Source of the DNA: Octopus sinensis
Taxonomy: Eukaryota
Assembly (NCBI RefSeq): GCF_006345805.1
Contig: NC_043005.1
Location: 85,002,001-85,066,000, forward strand
Reading direction: 5' to 3'
DNA: 64,000 bases
Shown here piece after piece: positions 52,150 to 64,000 of the stretch. The first letter of the stretch is position 1. The number at the start of each line of letters is the position of its first letter. Made by a program: the position numbers and the translations under genes. Below the pieces are notes generated by a model that worked only from the letters and a program-made list of their open reading frames with translations, did no database searches and was not told where the DNA came from.

Positions 52150-53238
52150 CTAGACAGTTCAACATGTATCTATCTATCTAGGTTTTCCCTCAGGATGCCC
52201 CAAGACTTTCCACACGTTTCTCCCACTCATCTCGATCTTCCATAATGGTCCTTAGCTCCTGTACCCTTTCCATACCAATATCCTCCAGCAAGTTGTCGAT
52301 ATATGTCGTCTTCCTCCTTCCTCTCCTGGTTCTTCCTTCCGTTGGTTGCCAGAGCACTAACCTGTAAAATATTTCATCGGTATGTCTGATGCCATGCCCA
52401 GCTAGCCTCATCCTTCTATGCTGCATCTTCAATGTTACTTTTGGTAGTCCCTGGTATAAGTCGGCGATTGCTGTATGACTCTTCCAGGACACATCGAGTG
52501 CCATTCTAAGCATCCTCATATAAGAATCGTCCAACTGCTTCTTCAATGCTTTAGTGAGCGTCAATGTGTCCAGCCATATAGAAGAACAGACTCCACTGTT
52601 GCCAGAAACAACCTCACTTTCAGTTTCCTTGCTAACTTTGAACTCCATACCTCTCAATTAATGGCATGGGCTGCAGGTAAGAGCTTTCCTTGCTACAATG
52701 TCTTTTTCAGTACTTTGTGTCCATGCACCAAGGGATTTGAAATTTTCAACTACCTTCAGTGTCTTACCGTCTCTCACTTTCACTGACACAGGCATTTTGT
52801 GGTTGAATACTTGCAGCTCTATTTTCTTTGCATTACAGAACAATCCTACCTTCCCCAATTCCTGCTCTAATCTACTCAGCACCCTCCTGTGCCTGATCTG
52901 TCCTCTCTGCTAGTGATGCCAGGTCATCAACATAGTCTAGGTCAGTTACTGTTACTGCTTAATGCCATCTACTTCTTTGCCTCTGCAGTTTGAATCCCAG
53001 TTCTTCTTCCTTGCCCTTGTATGTTCTACACATTACATAGTCCAGAACGATGGTGAAGAGATAAGGGGCAAGCGTGTCACCTTGTAATACTCCGGCTTTG
53101 ACTTCAAAGTATTCTGTCTCTCCATCAGGAGTGATCACTTTTGATTCAGTACATAGATGAATGAGGACGATACTTAAAGCATATGATATTCCATCGAGAA
53201 TTCTGAGAGCAATAAATCAGCTGTATGAAATCAACATG
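52150..53238 (-). mobile_element. RTE-clade LINE (second family) with inverted 5' segment
   Basis: KVITPDGETEYFEVKAGVLQGDTLAPYLF; DLDYVDDL; RMLRMAL; RRMRLAGH; RRGR. The upstream coding segment lies on the + strand at 53161-53238. Confidence 0.9.
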
Positions 53239-53544
53239 TAGGATGCCAGAAATGGCTAGGTACAATAACAGAGTTCACATGCTTTTGTAGGATATTGTAG
53301 ATATGTAAGTGCCAAATCCAATTTAAACTGTAGATCTAACTCAGGGCTGGTTCTAGGTGCAGTGTAGTTATAAAAAAGAACACAATTAGGGTTTAAAATT
53401 TACAGGAACCATGTGGCTTGGAAGCAAACTTCTTACCATACAGCCACGCCTGCACCTGAAGAGAATCTGGATGAAGATGATGGCCACAGCATCCCTATAT
53501 TTAGTTCACTGATTTAATACATGTGGATTTAAGTCAATACCTTG

Positions 53545-53900
53545 CCTATGTCTATTGCCATCTTCATTGGTGTGGGTCACAGTCCATGGTTGCATGCACT
53601 GTCTCTCTCCATCAATTCCTGCCTCTAGCAATGGTTGTGTGTTCAGCCAGAAGTGTTCCAATCCATTCTTTGATGATGACTGACCATCATCTTCTCAGTG
53701 TCCTCTTTTTGCATTTCCTGTTGACTTTTCCCTCTTGGATTCAGCTGCTGAGGTTCTGGGTCCTGATGACAGGCCCAAAATAACTGCAGCTTTCTCTTCT
53801 TGAGAGTTTCCAAAAATTCTCTTTCTGTTCCCATTTCCTCTGCTACTGACTTGTTCAATGGCCATTCCAATTGTTCCCTGTACTAATTTGTAATATGGTC
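53545..53900 (-). mobile_element. RTE-like LINE 3' fragment
   Basis: NKSVAEEMGTERE.LETLKKRKLQ.F...IQEGKV..K.....W...IKEW. Confidence 0.6.
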
Positions 53901-54018
53901 AGCCAATGAAGAGAATCTCCATAATGTCATTCAAATTGCTAAAAATAGCAGCAAAATCACCCTCATCACACTTTACTGTCATAAAAAGAAGGACACACTG
54001 GATAATGTACTTCTAGGT

Positions 54019-54190
54019 TAGTGCTCCGCAATCTTTTTTTCCTTGTGGTTCACTTATATTCTTTTTGAAATTCGGCAACACACCTGAGCTAAAAATATAA
54101 CTAAAAGTTTAGGGAGAAGAATCATATTCAGGTTGCGCTGCGGCCACGTGGCATCATCTTGTGGCACTGCATACCGGTTATGGAGCACTG
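54019..54190. mobile_element. hAT-type MITE
   Basis: TIRs TAGTGCTCCGCAA and TTATGGAGCACTG, with 8-bp TSD TTCTAGGT / TTCTAGAT. Confidence 0.75.
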
Positions 54191-54559
54191 TTCTAGATAC
54201 ACAACGTCAACTTCTGGACATCACCATCTTGAGTTCAAGAACTCACCGGACCGTTTACCTGGTTTCCATGGAATATAAGTGAGTGAGAATACAACATCAC
54301 CCCTGAATGGGATCCCAGTCTATTGTAGGGTCATTCATTTATAGCTGACTGGACTTAAACAGAGTAAAATGAAGTGTCTTGTTTAAGAACACAACACATT
54401 GCCCTGTCCAGGAATTGAAACCATGGTCTCACAATTGCGAGTGTAACTCTGTAACCACTTGGTAATGCACCCTCACTTTAGATACACAGTGGCTAGAAAA
54501 ACGATGGGATGCTCAAAAATGGAATAGCTTTGATCACAGGTAAGTCCAGTCACTGTAGA

Positions 54560-55030
54560 GTAGCTAACCAGCTTCTGTGCCAGTGGCACATAAAAGGGCA
54601 TCATTTGAGTATGATTGTTACTAGCGTCGCCTTACTGGCAATTGTGCATGTGCTAGTAGGGTGCCAATCTGAGCGTGATCATTGCCAGAGCAGCCAACTG
54701 GCTTCTGTACCCATGGCACGTAAAAGGGCACCATTCGAACGTGATCGTTACCAACGTTGCTTCACTGGCACCTATGCCGATGGCACGTGTAAAAAGATTC
54801 AAGCAAGGTTGTTGCCAGTACCACCTGACTGGCACCCATGCCGGTAGCACATAAAAAGCACCCACTACACTCTCGGAGTGGTTGGCATTAGGAAGGGCAT
54901 CCAGCTGTAGAAACTCTGCCAGATCAAGATTGAAGCTTGGTGCAGCCTTCTGGTTCACCAGCCCTCAGTCAAACTGTCCAACCCATGCTAGCATGGAAAG
55001 CGGACGTTAAACGATGATGATGATGATGAT
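54560..55030 (+). mobile_element. RTE 3' UTR and tail with hairpin repeats
   Basis: Repeated GTGCC..TGGCAC.TAAAA units and the (GAT)n tail. Further tails lie at ~56611-57005(-), 59155-59425(+), 60307-60570(-) and 61993-62327(-). Confidence 0.85.
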
Positions 55031-55520
55031 TAGCTGTTCTGAGATAAGTGTCTTGGCACCAAATCTGATGCAGTGTTAGCAACAGGGTCTGAACTACTCT
55101 GCCATCATTTTCTTGTCCTTTTGCTCAATATCTCCACTTATTTTCGTGTCTGTTGTGAGACAAAATCCTGCCAGGCATTTTAATCCGACTCAGTAAAATT
55201 CCGTTATTGTTCCACTCTGCCGTCTTCGATGCTTGAAATATTTATTTCATCAAAATTCTAAATGGGAAAGATGCATGTGAAACATTGAAGATCATAACAG
55301 CAAGTGTTTACCTGAAGGCTGAGGAATATTAAGTGCTTGGGAGATAAACTATCTTCACTAGTGTGTGTATGCGTGTGTGTGTATGTGTGTGTGTATGTAT
55401 GTGTGGTTGTATGTATATATGTATTTATATATATATATATATATAATATATATATATATAATATTGCACACAAGCACTAATATACATATATATTACATAT
55501 ATATATACATATATATTATA

Positions 55521-55562
<42 letters not shown>

Positions 55563-55885
55563 TATCATATATATATATATATATAATATAATATATACAA
55601 CATATATATATTATACATATATATAATATATATATATATACATATATATATCTATATAGGATATATATAATATACATATACATTATATATATATAAACAT
55701 ATATATATATATGTATATATATATATACACCCACACACACCACATATGTATGCATATATACATATACCTATATACCTACCCATCTCTCTTTCTCTTGCTG
55801 TATACAGACACACACACACAAACACACACACACACAAATATGTGCACACACATACACATTTATGTATATGTTTGTATATGTGAAT

Positions 55886-55917
<32 letters not shown>

Positions 55918-56221
55918 AACCTCTTTCGGTACGTAGTAACAGAGTACATTAAAATTAATATGAAATATATTTCTGAACTGTAAGACCTGAATATCGTGCA
56001 ATTATCTTATGCATCCTTGTGTACATATGCACACTCACTTAGTCTCTCATCCAACCATGCATCCATACACACATCCACACATACATAATGTACACATGCA
56101 GCTAGAAGTATTTGTATGCATATTTTGTAATTGAGTAAAACAACTCTGACCTAGTAAAAACCAGATGTATTTTAATCGTAATTTTTGCATGGTGCATATA
56201 TATTTAATGTGACCGCATGTG

Positions 56222-56420
56222 TATCGTTGGCGATTTTTATTCCTCCGTCTTTCATTCATTGGATCTTTCCTTTTCCTATGTTTCTGACAAAGAGCTCCAC
56301 TCGAATCGTTAAATCCTCCTTCTTTCTTTCCATTCCTGAGCGTCCAATAACACTATACTTGTTCCACGTCCTCCCATTGTTGTGTTTTGTCTTTGTGTTT
56401 TCATGTTTGGATTAACTATA
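56222..56420 (+). mobile_element. ~200 bp non-autonomous element with minimal hammerhead motif (56281-56314)
   Basis: TTT-CTGACAA-A-GAGCTCCACTC-GAAT-CGT-T-AAAT. Same family as 10113-10310, and it ends in (TA)n. Confidence 0.7.
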
Positions 56421-57029
56421 TATATATATATATACTCAAAATAAGCAACAAGAATGACTCCGGTAATTTGGTACAATCGTAGTCATTCTTGTTGCTTATT
56501 TTGATTATAATCACCCCATGGATTTTTATGGATAACACCATTCAAGATTCTGGTGCATCTAAATTAAGTACCATATTCATTTGAATCTAAATTTTTGCTG
56601 AACTTATATATCATCATCATCATCATCATCATCATCATTTAATGTCCGTTTTCCGTGCCAGCACGGGTTGGACGGTTCGACCGGGGTCTGGGAAGCCAGG
56701 GGCTGCACCAGGCTCCGGTCTGATCTGGCAGTGTTTCTACAGCTGGATGCTCTTCCTAATGCCAACCACTCCCTGAGTGTAGTGGGTGCTTTTTACGTGC
56801 CACCGGCACAGGTGCCAGGGGAGTCTGGCAGCGGCCACGATCGTTTGGTGCTTTTAATGTGCCACCGGCACGGAAGCCAGTCAAGGCGGTGCTGGCATCA
56901 GCCACATTCGGATGGTGCTTTTTATGTACCATTGGCACAGAAGCCAGTCGAGGCGGCACTGGCATCGGCCATGTTCTGATGGTGCTTTTTATGTGCTACC
57001 GGCACGGGTTAAAAAGTAATGCCATTTTG

Positions 57030-57428
57030 TTTAGGACAGGTATAATTACCAACACAGGAACATGTACCAAACATCAAAATGAAGCTGGTTCTCTGTGGAT
57101 CACATCCCTACTTCTCAACATAGTCACTGTTTCTCTCAATAGCAATGTTCCACTTTCGAATGAGAACATGTATCCCTGCTCTGTAAAATTCTGTTGACTG
57201 TTCTTTGAGTCACTTCTTCACTACAGTTTTCACTTCCTCGTCACTGGAATAATGTTTGCCTCTCAAACCCTCTTTCATGGGGTCGAAGAGATGATAGTCT
57301 GAAGGTGCTAAATCTGGTAAGTGTGGAAGTAGTGAAGAAGTGGCTCAAAGAACAGTCAACAGAATTTTACGGGGCAGGGATACATACTCTCATTGGAAGG
57401 TGGAACATTGCTATTGAGAGAGACGGTG
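57030..57428 (-). mobile_element. mariner transposase C-terminal fragment with inverted duplication
   Basis: PDLAPSDYHLFDPMKEGLRGKHY..DEEVK...FYRAGI..L..KW on the minus strand. 57329-57428 repeats part of it on the plus strand. Confidence 0.85.
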
Positions 57429-57990
57429 CTCCAGCATGGCTGCGGTTAATTGACTGAAACAAGTAAAAGAATATGTAGTAGAATGATGGTAATGATGGGA
57501 GGTAGAAGGAGGAGAAGGTATAAGGTAGAAGAAAGGAAGTGGAGGGAAGAGTGAGAGAGAGAGAAAGGAAAACATGTAAGAGTAACAGAGAAGTGATATT
57601 AGAGGGAGGGTGAGATCAAGGAAGAGGGTTAGAGAGGTAAGGAGAGAGTTGCAAATTGTGGAAGGATGAGGAGATTAGAGAAATAGACATATTGGTGGTG
57701 GAGACTGACATTGAAATAGAGAAAGAAAGGGAAGAGATGGATATATGGAGAAGAAGAGTTGTATATATGTGTGTGTGTGTACGGGGTATGTATATATGTA
57801 TATATACACACATATATATGTGTATGTGTGTGTATATATATATATGTCTGTATATATGTATATACACACAAATACATATGAAACATACATATATATCTAG
57901 CTGTATATATATATATATATATATATATTTCTATATGTATGTACATACACATACATGTGATATATATATATAATATATATTATATATATA

Positions 57991-58048
<58 letters not shown>

Positions 58049-58099
58049 TATAATATTATATATATATTATATATATTATATATATATATATACATATAT

Positions 58100-58150
<51 letters not shown>

Positions 58151-58368
58151 TATATGTGTATATATATGTACATACACACAAATCATATATATCTAGATAA
58201 ATATATATGTATATACACACATATGTGTGTATATATATATGCACACACACATATATATGTATATAGACACAGACACACCCACATTGACATGTATGCATGT
58301 ATCTGTCAACCTGTGCACACATATGCATAGAGAGAGAGAGGGAAAGTAAGAGTGAGAAATAAACAGAA

Positions 58369-58410
<42 letters not shown>

Positions 58411-58619
58411 TGCTTAGTGTGTGGGAGTATGAGCATGTGAGCTTTGTGTATGTGTGTGTGTGTGTGCGTGCGTGCATTGGCATGTTTGTGTGTGTGAAGC
58501 GATTAAACCGTTCCTGTTGATGTTGTTGGAAACGTTTGTCAGGGTAAAATGGTTTTCTAAATACATAGCTGACATGCAACCGTTTATTTTGGATTCTTTC
58601 ACTTCAGGGGTTATTGCGC

Positions 58620-58674
58620 ACAAACAACAACAACAACAACAACTACTACTACTACTACTACTAACACACTACTA

Positions 58675-58712
<38 letters not shown>

Positions 58713-58885
58713 ACTACTACTAGCACCAGCACCACCACCACAACCACCATCACCACCACCACCACCATCACCACCACCACCACCACCACCACCACCACCA
58801 CCACCACCACCACTACCACCACCACCACTACCACCACCACCACTACCACCACCACCACTATTACTACCACCACCACTACTACTAT
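58620..58885. repeat. Compound (CAA)(CTA)(CTG)(CAC) trinucleotide array
   Basis: Seen directly. Confidence 0.95.
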
Positions 58886-59122
58886 AATAACTCTTGCTAC
58901 AGATAATGATGATGAGTTGATTGTTTACTTAAGAAAGTCGTTTGTGTGATGTCGGTTCACAAGCAGTGGTATTGTTTTTTTTCTGTTTTTCTGGGTTTTT
59001 TTTATTGGTTTAGTTTTATCTTTTAAATTATAGCATAGAAATATACTGTATGCATGTGTATATACTCAAATATGTATACACTCACACACACACACACACA
59101 CACAGACATGCATATATACATA

Positions 59123-59153
<31 letters not shown>

Positions 59154-59804
59154 GGCTGGCTTCCGAGCCGGTGGCACGTTAAAAGCACCAACCGATCGTG
59201 GCCGATGTCAGACTCCCCTGGCACCTGTGCAGGTGGCACGTAAAAAGCATCCACTACACTCGTGGAGTGGTTGGCGTTAGGAAGGGCATCCAGCTGTAGA
59301 AACACTGCCAGATCAGACTGGAGCCTGGTGCAGCCCCTGGCTTCCCAGACCCTGGCTTCCCAGACCCTGGTCGAACCGTCCAACCCGTGCTAGCGCAGAA
59401 AACGGACGTGAAACGCTGATGATGATATATATATATATATGTATATGTATATATGTGTGTGTGTGTGTGTGTATACACTCAAATATGTATATACAGACAC
59501 ACACACATATAGGTATGTATATGTATGTGTGTGTGTGCATATACTCAAATAAGCATACACGCACACATATATGTATATGTGTGTGTGTGTGTGTATATAT
59601 ATATATACTCAGATATGTATACATACACACATATATCTATCTATATATATATATGTATATACATGTGTGTGTGTATGTACTCAAATATCTATATACACAC
59701 ACACACACACACATATGTATATATATGTGTGTGTGTGTATGTGTGCATATATACTCAAATATGTACACACACACACACAGACACACACACATACACGCAC
59801 ATAT

Positions 59805-59960
59805 ATATTCTGTTTTATGCAGACCGCTAACTCCAAAGTTTTTTATTCTCTCTCTGTTTATTTTCTTGTGTTCTTTTCTGTTGAGGAGCGTAGGCTTGAA
59901 ACATAAAAGACTTTCTCACCTTCTCAAGCATCTTTTGTTATTCTGTAACTTTCAACTATA
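59805..59960 (+). mobile_element. (TA)n-flanked short element with minimal hammerhead motif (59873-59910)
   Basis: CTTTT-CTGTTGA-G-GAGC-GTAG-GCTT-GAAA-CAT-A-AAAG. Related to 23269-23304. Confidence 0.7.
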
Positions 59961-60569
59961 TATATCATCATCATCATCATCATCATCATCATTTAACGTC
60001 CGCTTGCCATGCTAGCATGGGTTGGACGATTTGACTGGAGACTGGCTGCTCTTAGCGCTCCACCGACACTGATGCCAGTCATTGAATTTGATTTCGATTT
60101 CACTTGCTTCAACAGGTCTTCGCAAGCAGAGTTTAGTGTCCATATATGTATATATAGTAAGAAAAAGGAGGTAAGAGAATTTCTGTTATCTCTACATGCT
60201 GATTTGTAATGCAAAAGATATATATATGTTATATATATATATTATATATATATATATATATGTTATATATATATATTATATAGTATATATATATTATACA
60301 TATATATCATCATCATCATCATCATCATCATCATCGTTTAACGTCCGTTCTCCATGCTAGCATGAGTTGGACGGTTCAACCGGGGATCTGGGAAGCCAGA
60401 AGGCTGCATCAGGCTCCAGTCTTTTTCTGGCAATGTTTCTACAGCTGGATGCCCTTCCTAACGCCAACCACTCCGTGAGTGTAGTAGGTGCTTTTTACGT
60501 GCCACCCGCACAGGTGCCAGGCGAGGCTGGCAACGGCCACGGTCGGATTGGTGCAATTTACGTGCCACC

Positions 60570-60639
<70 letters not shown>

Positions 60640-60642
<3 letters not shown>

Positions 60643-60940
60643 AGGTGCAATGGCCCAGAGGTTAGGGCAGCGGACTTGCGGTAGTAGGATCATGGTTTCG
60701 ATTCCCAGATCGGGTGTTGTGTTTATTGAGCAAAAACACCTAAAACTCCACGAGGCTCTGGCAGGGGTGGTGGCAATCCCTGCTGTACTCTTTCGCCACA
60801 GCTTTCTCTCACTCTTTCGTCTGTTGGCCTGCTTGCTTAGCCAGCGGGATGGCATCATTTGAAGGCTAAAACAATGCGAAGCACATTGTGACCTTCGATG
60901 TGTAATAACATCTAATAGCCTGGTCGGTCACTGTCACGAA
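60640..60940 (+). mobile_element. tRNA-derived SINE (family D)
   Basis: A-box TGGCCCAGAGG and B-box GGTTTCGATTCC. A related copy lies at ~49270-49535(-). Confidence 0.75.
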
Positions 60941-60959
60941 TATATATATATATATATAT

Positions 60960-61474
60960 AAACAAAATATAAGAAGGAAAATTCACACAGTTCACATAGT
61001 TTTAATATATTTTTAAAATATATTTTACAAGTGAAAGAGTATTGTGTTTGTCGACCAGTTTCACTTTTGATAATCATGTTATTGAAATTATTATAATTTC
61101 ATATTTTCTTAAGAAAATGTTAGTGCATGTTGTGAATGGGAGTTTGTGAATGAATTTAATCAACAAGTAGAAAAATCTAAGGGGAAGTAATTTGTGATCT
61201 TTATTATTTGGGACAGAGGAGGTCACTGCTCATATTTTGGGGAGGGGATAAATAAATATACAAAATAAATTTTCTTTATTTAAATATTCTTGTACAGAAA
61301 TTGGTTCTTTGCATTGGTAGATGTTAAGGTTTATATCATTTAGTATTGATTTAAATTCCAAAAGTTCATCAATGGTCTCATTCCAAATGTTCAAGCAGTC
61401 ATCCAAATATCTTTTCTAGTTCCTCTTATATAATGGTGAAATGGATGTTTATATTTTTGTTGTGAAACTTCATA
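60960..61474 (-). mobile_element. Penelope-like fragment (RT piece fused to EN C-terminus and 3' region)
   Basis: The minus strand has RYLDDC..IW (mirroring the + copy), then IYQCKEPISVQEYLNKENLF (resembling the FYKC...F end of the 43000 element) and a GAAACTGGTC hammerhead 3' half at ~61052-61062. Confidence 0.65.
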
Positions 61475-62510
61475 TATGGTAAATTCACTGCCAAAATACA
61501 GACTTCCATTTCACCAGTATATAAGAGAAAACTGGAAAAAATATCTGGATGACTGCTTTATCATTTGGAAGGAAACCATTGATAGACTTTTGGAATTGAA
61601 ATCAATACTAAATAATATAAACCCTAACATTCAATTTACAATGGAATATGGCAACGAACAACTCTTTTTCTTTGACATTATGATAAAATAAGGCAACAAC
61701 CAAATTGTAATTGACATTTATCATAAACCAATGGACTCAAAACAAAATCTTTTTAGCTCATGCCACCTGAAACACATCAAAAGAAATATCCTCTTTAAAT
61801 TTAGCAAAAAGGATTTGCATAATATTCTCTGATGGAAATACCCAGGATCTCCGTCTTTAAGACCTCAGGACAACACTAACTGAGAGATTAATATCCACCC
61901 TCACTTATAGACAATGGAATTAAGCATGCCAAGAAATTAAGCATTAAAACACTAAGGGAAACAAAATATAACACCACATCACATCTCAAAACATCATCAT
62001 CATCATCATCATCATCGTCGTCGTCGTTTAACGTCCGTTTTCCATGCTAGCATGGGTTGCATAGTTTGACTGTGGGTCTGGGAAGCCAGGAGGCTGCACC
62101 AGGCTCCATTCTGATCTGGCAAAGTTTCTACAGCTGGATGACCTTCCTAACGCCAACCACTCCGAGAGGGTAGTGGGTGCTTTTATGTGCGATTGGCACG
62201 AGGGCCAGCCAGGCAGTTCTGGCAACAACCATGCTCTAAAGGTGTTTTTTATGTGCTTCCTGCACAGGAGCCAGTTCAACAGCACTGGCAACGACCATGC
62301 TCGAATTTTGTTTTTCATGTGCCACTGTATATATTAACTCACAACCCTAGAAACAATGAGGCATACAACACTATTGTGCGAGATCTACCTATGCTTGCTA
62401 GGGATCCAAAAATGAACAACATTCTGAAAACACATAAATTCATCAGATGCAGAAAGCAACACAAATCACTGAAATGACTTCTGACAATGCAAAGCTTTAC
62501 ACAAGAAACA
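61475..62510 (+). mobile_element. Penelope-like RT/thumb fragment interrupted by an RTE tail
   Basis: WKKYLDDCFIIW...LNNINPNIQFTME...FFDIMI; DIYHKP.DS; THNPRN. Confidence 0.88.
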
Positions 62511-62744
62511 CAAAAACAACGGTTGACGCAAATATGTGATCACACTTTTGCTTGCCTACCCGCAGTTAACGTAAACATATGATGCAGAGCTGCCCTACAT
62601 ATATCACAGACATTTTTGCAGCTGTTTACATTTGCTATTGTGTACTTTATCTCTTGAGGTGCACGCGCTTGCTGTCCCGTGCATTATCTTAGCTATTTTA
62701 GGTTACGTTCAAGTCATGAGACTAGCAGTAGACCAATGACTTCC

Positions 62745-62962
62745 AGGGAATTCGTATCCCTGGAACGTTCAAAAGTTCCCATCCTCGGAACTTTTCAGGA
62801 AATTCCTATCCATGGAACTTTCCAGTAAGCCCCCATCCTCGGAAATTTCCACGAAGCCCCAAACCTTGGAACATTCCATGAATTCCTTGGAACTTTCCAG
62901 GAAGTCACCAACCTCAGAGATTACCTGGAAGTCCTTGGAACTTTTCAGGAAACCGCATCCTC
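62745..62962. repeat. ~27 bp minisatellite
   Basis: CATCCTCGGAACTTTTCAGGAAATTCC-like unit, about 7 copies. Confidence 0.8.
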
Positions 62963-63130
62963 AGTGCCTTAAAATTAAGCAAAACAATATTGAAAAGACA
63001 TGGTTTGCCCCTGGTAGGAAATATATCATCCAAGGGGAAATAATTTCTTTTCAGACATATTTGAAGATTCTGTATATTTAATTTTTAACTTATACTTCTG
63101 TAAATTCCTTTTTTTTTTCACACAAAATAA

Positions 63131-63433
63131 GGTGAAGTGATAGCATGTTGTCAACTTAAGGTGATAGTCTCATGAAAGGGAAGAATGCTACTGTTATTTA
63201 ACCTTAGGAAACACCATTTCCTGTTGAACTTGACACATTTCCTATGTCTTTATGTTTTCAAAGTGGAGACAAGCACCTCCACCCAGCAAAGCCAGCATCC
63301 AGAGACTAGTTTCAGAGTCATTGCTCATCATTAAGTGCCACAGGAAACGGTGTTTCCTAGAGTTAAATAATAGTAACATTCTTCCCTTTCATGGGAATGT
63401 CACATTAAGTTGACAACATACCATTACTTTATC
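63131..63433. repeat. Inverted repeat (~100 bp arms) with a hammerhead remnant in the spacer
   Basis: 63131-63233 pairs with 63331-63433. The spacer reads TGATGA-GCAATGACTCT-GAAACTAGTC on the minus strand. Confidence 0.85.
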
Positions 63434-64000
63434 ATGCTGCTACTGCATAAATCTCTATGAGAGGTTTAGAAATGTATTATTTCCAAAATGAGTTGAAGTT
63501 CTTAATTTTTTTGTCTCTTGTGGTCTTGGTAACCATGAATAGCACTATTTCATCCGTCTTGGGAATTGGTAGCACAGTATAACTCAAGATGCAAGTTAAT
63601 TATGTGAAGTTAAATTCAGCCTTCTATGAAGATACAATTTAAGAAGGAAGACAGACGACAAGAAACAGAATCATGGTTCAAAAGATATGTTTCATGTTTT
63701 TTCTTTTTTTTTCATTCTAATTCATTTGCTGTTTAGGAAAAGAGAAAGAAGAAAGATGGAGAGTGGGAAGTCCTTACATCAAAATAAGATATTACCAGGA
63801 CAGCTCAGCTTTGCAAAACGTCCTCTGGTTAGCTACATGTAATGTAATTGCCACAAGCTAGTCTGTAAGCTATCTCTTGTTCTTTTAGGGTGCCAAAAGC
63901 AATACAAAACTGAAAGCAAAGTTATTCTTCATGTTGATTTTATATTAACCCCTCATGTGCAGAACCATGATGTGCAGGTGTGGGAGGGAGTGACCAGTCA

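Overview
AT-rich, repeat-saturated animal genomic DNA. The SINE types, RTE tails ending in (GAT)n and very dense (TA)/(CA)/(TAGA) microsatellites suggest an octopus or other coleoid cephalopod; this is an inference. No host protein-coding gene can be supported, and almost all supplied ORFs are microsatellite or SINE artefacts. The recognisable content is transposon debris: RTE LINEs and their 3' tails, three R4/Dong-like and one HERO/NeSL-like RLE retroelement, a CR1/L2-group LINE, Penelope-like elements (one covering RT through GIY-YIG), mariner/Tc1, pogo-, hAT- and piggyBac-like MITEs, Helitron pieces, several tRNA-derived SINE families, a 5S rRNA pseudogene and tRNA-like sequences. The main unannotated signal has two parts. 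First, there is a dispersed set of short, mostly (TA)n-flanked non-coding elements carrying minimal type I hammerhead ribozyme motifs with palindromic helix III. Second, there are many near-zero-loop fold-back palindromes, one of which is a head-to-head Penelope pair truncated at the same point in the RT. Together these point to a Penelope-mobilised, hammerhead-bearing, hairpin-generating retroelement system. Coordinates were read by eye and element boundaries are approximate.
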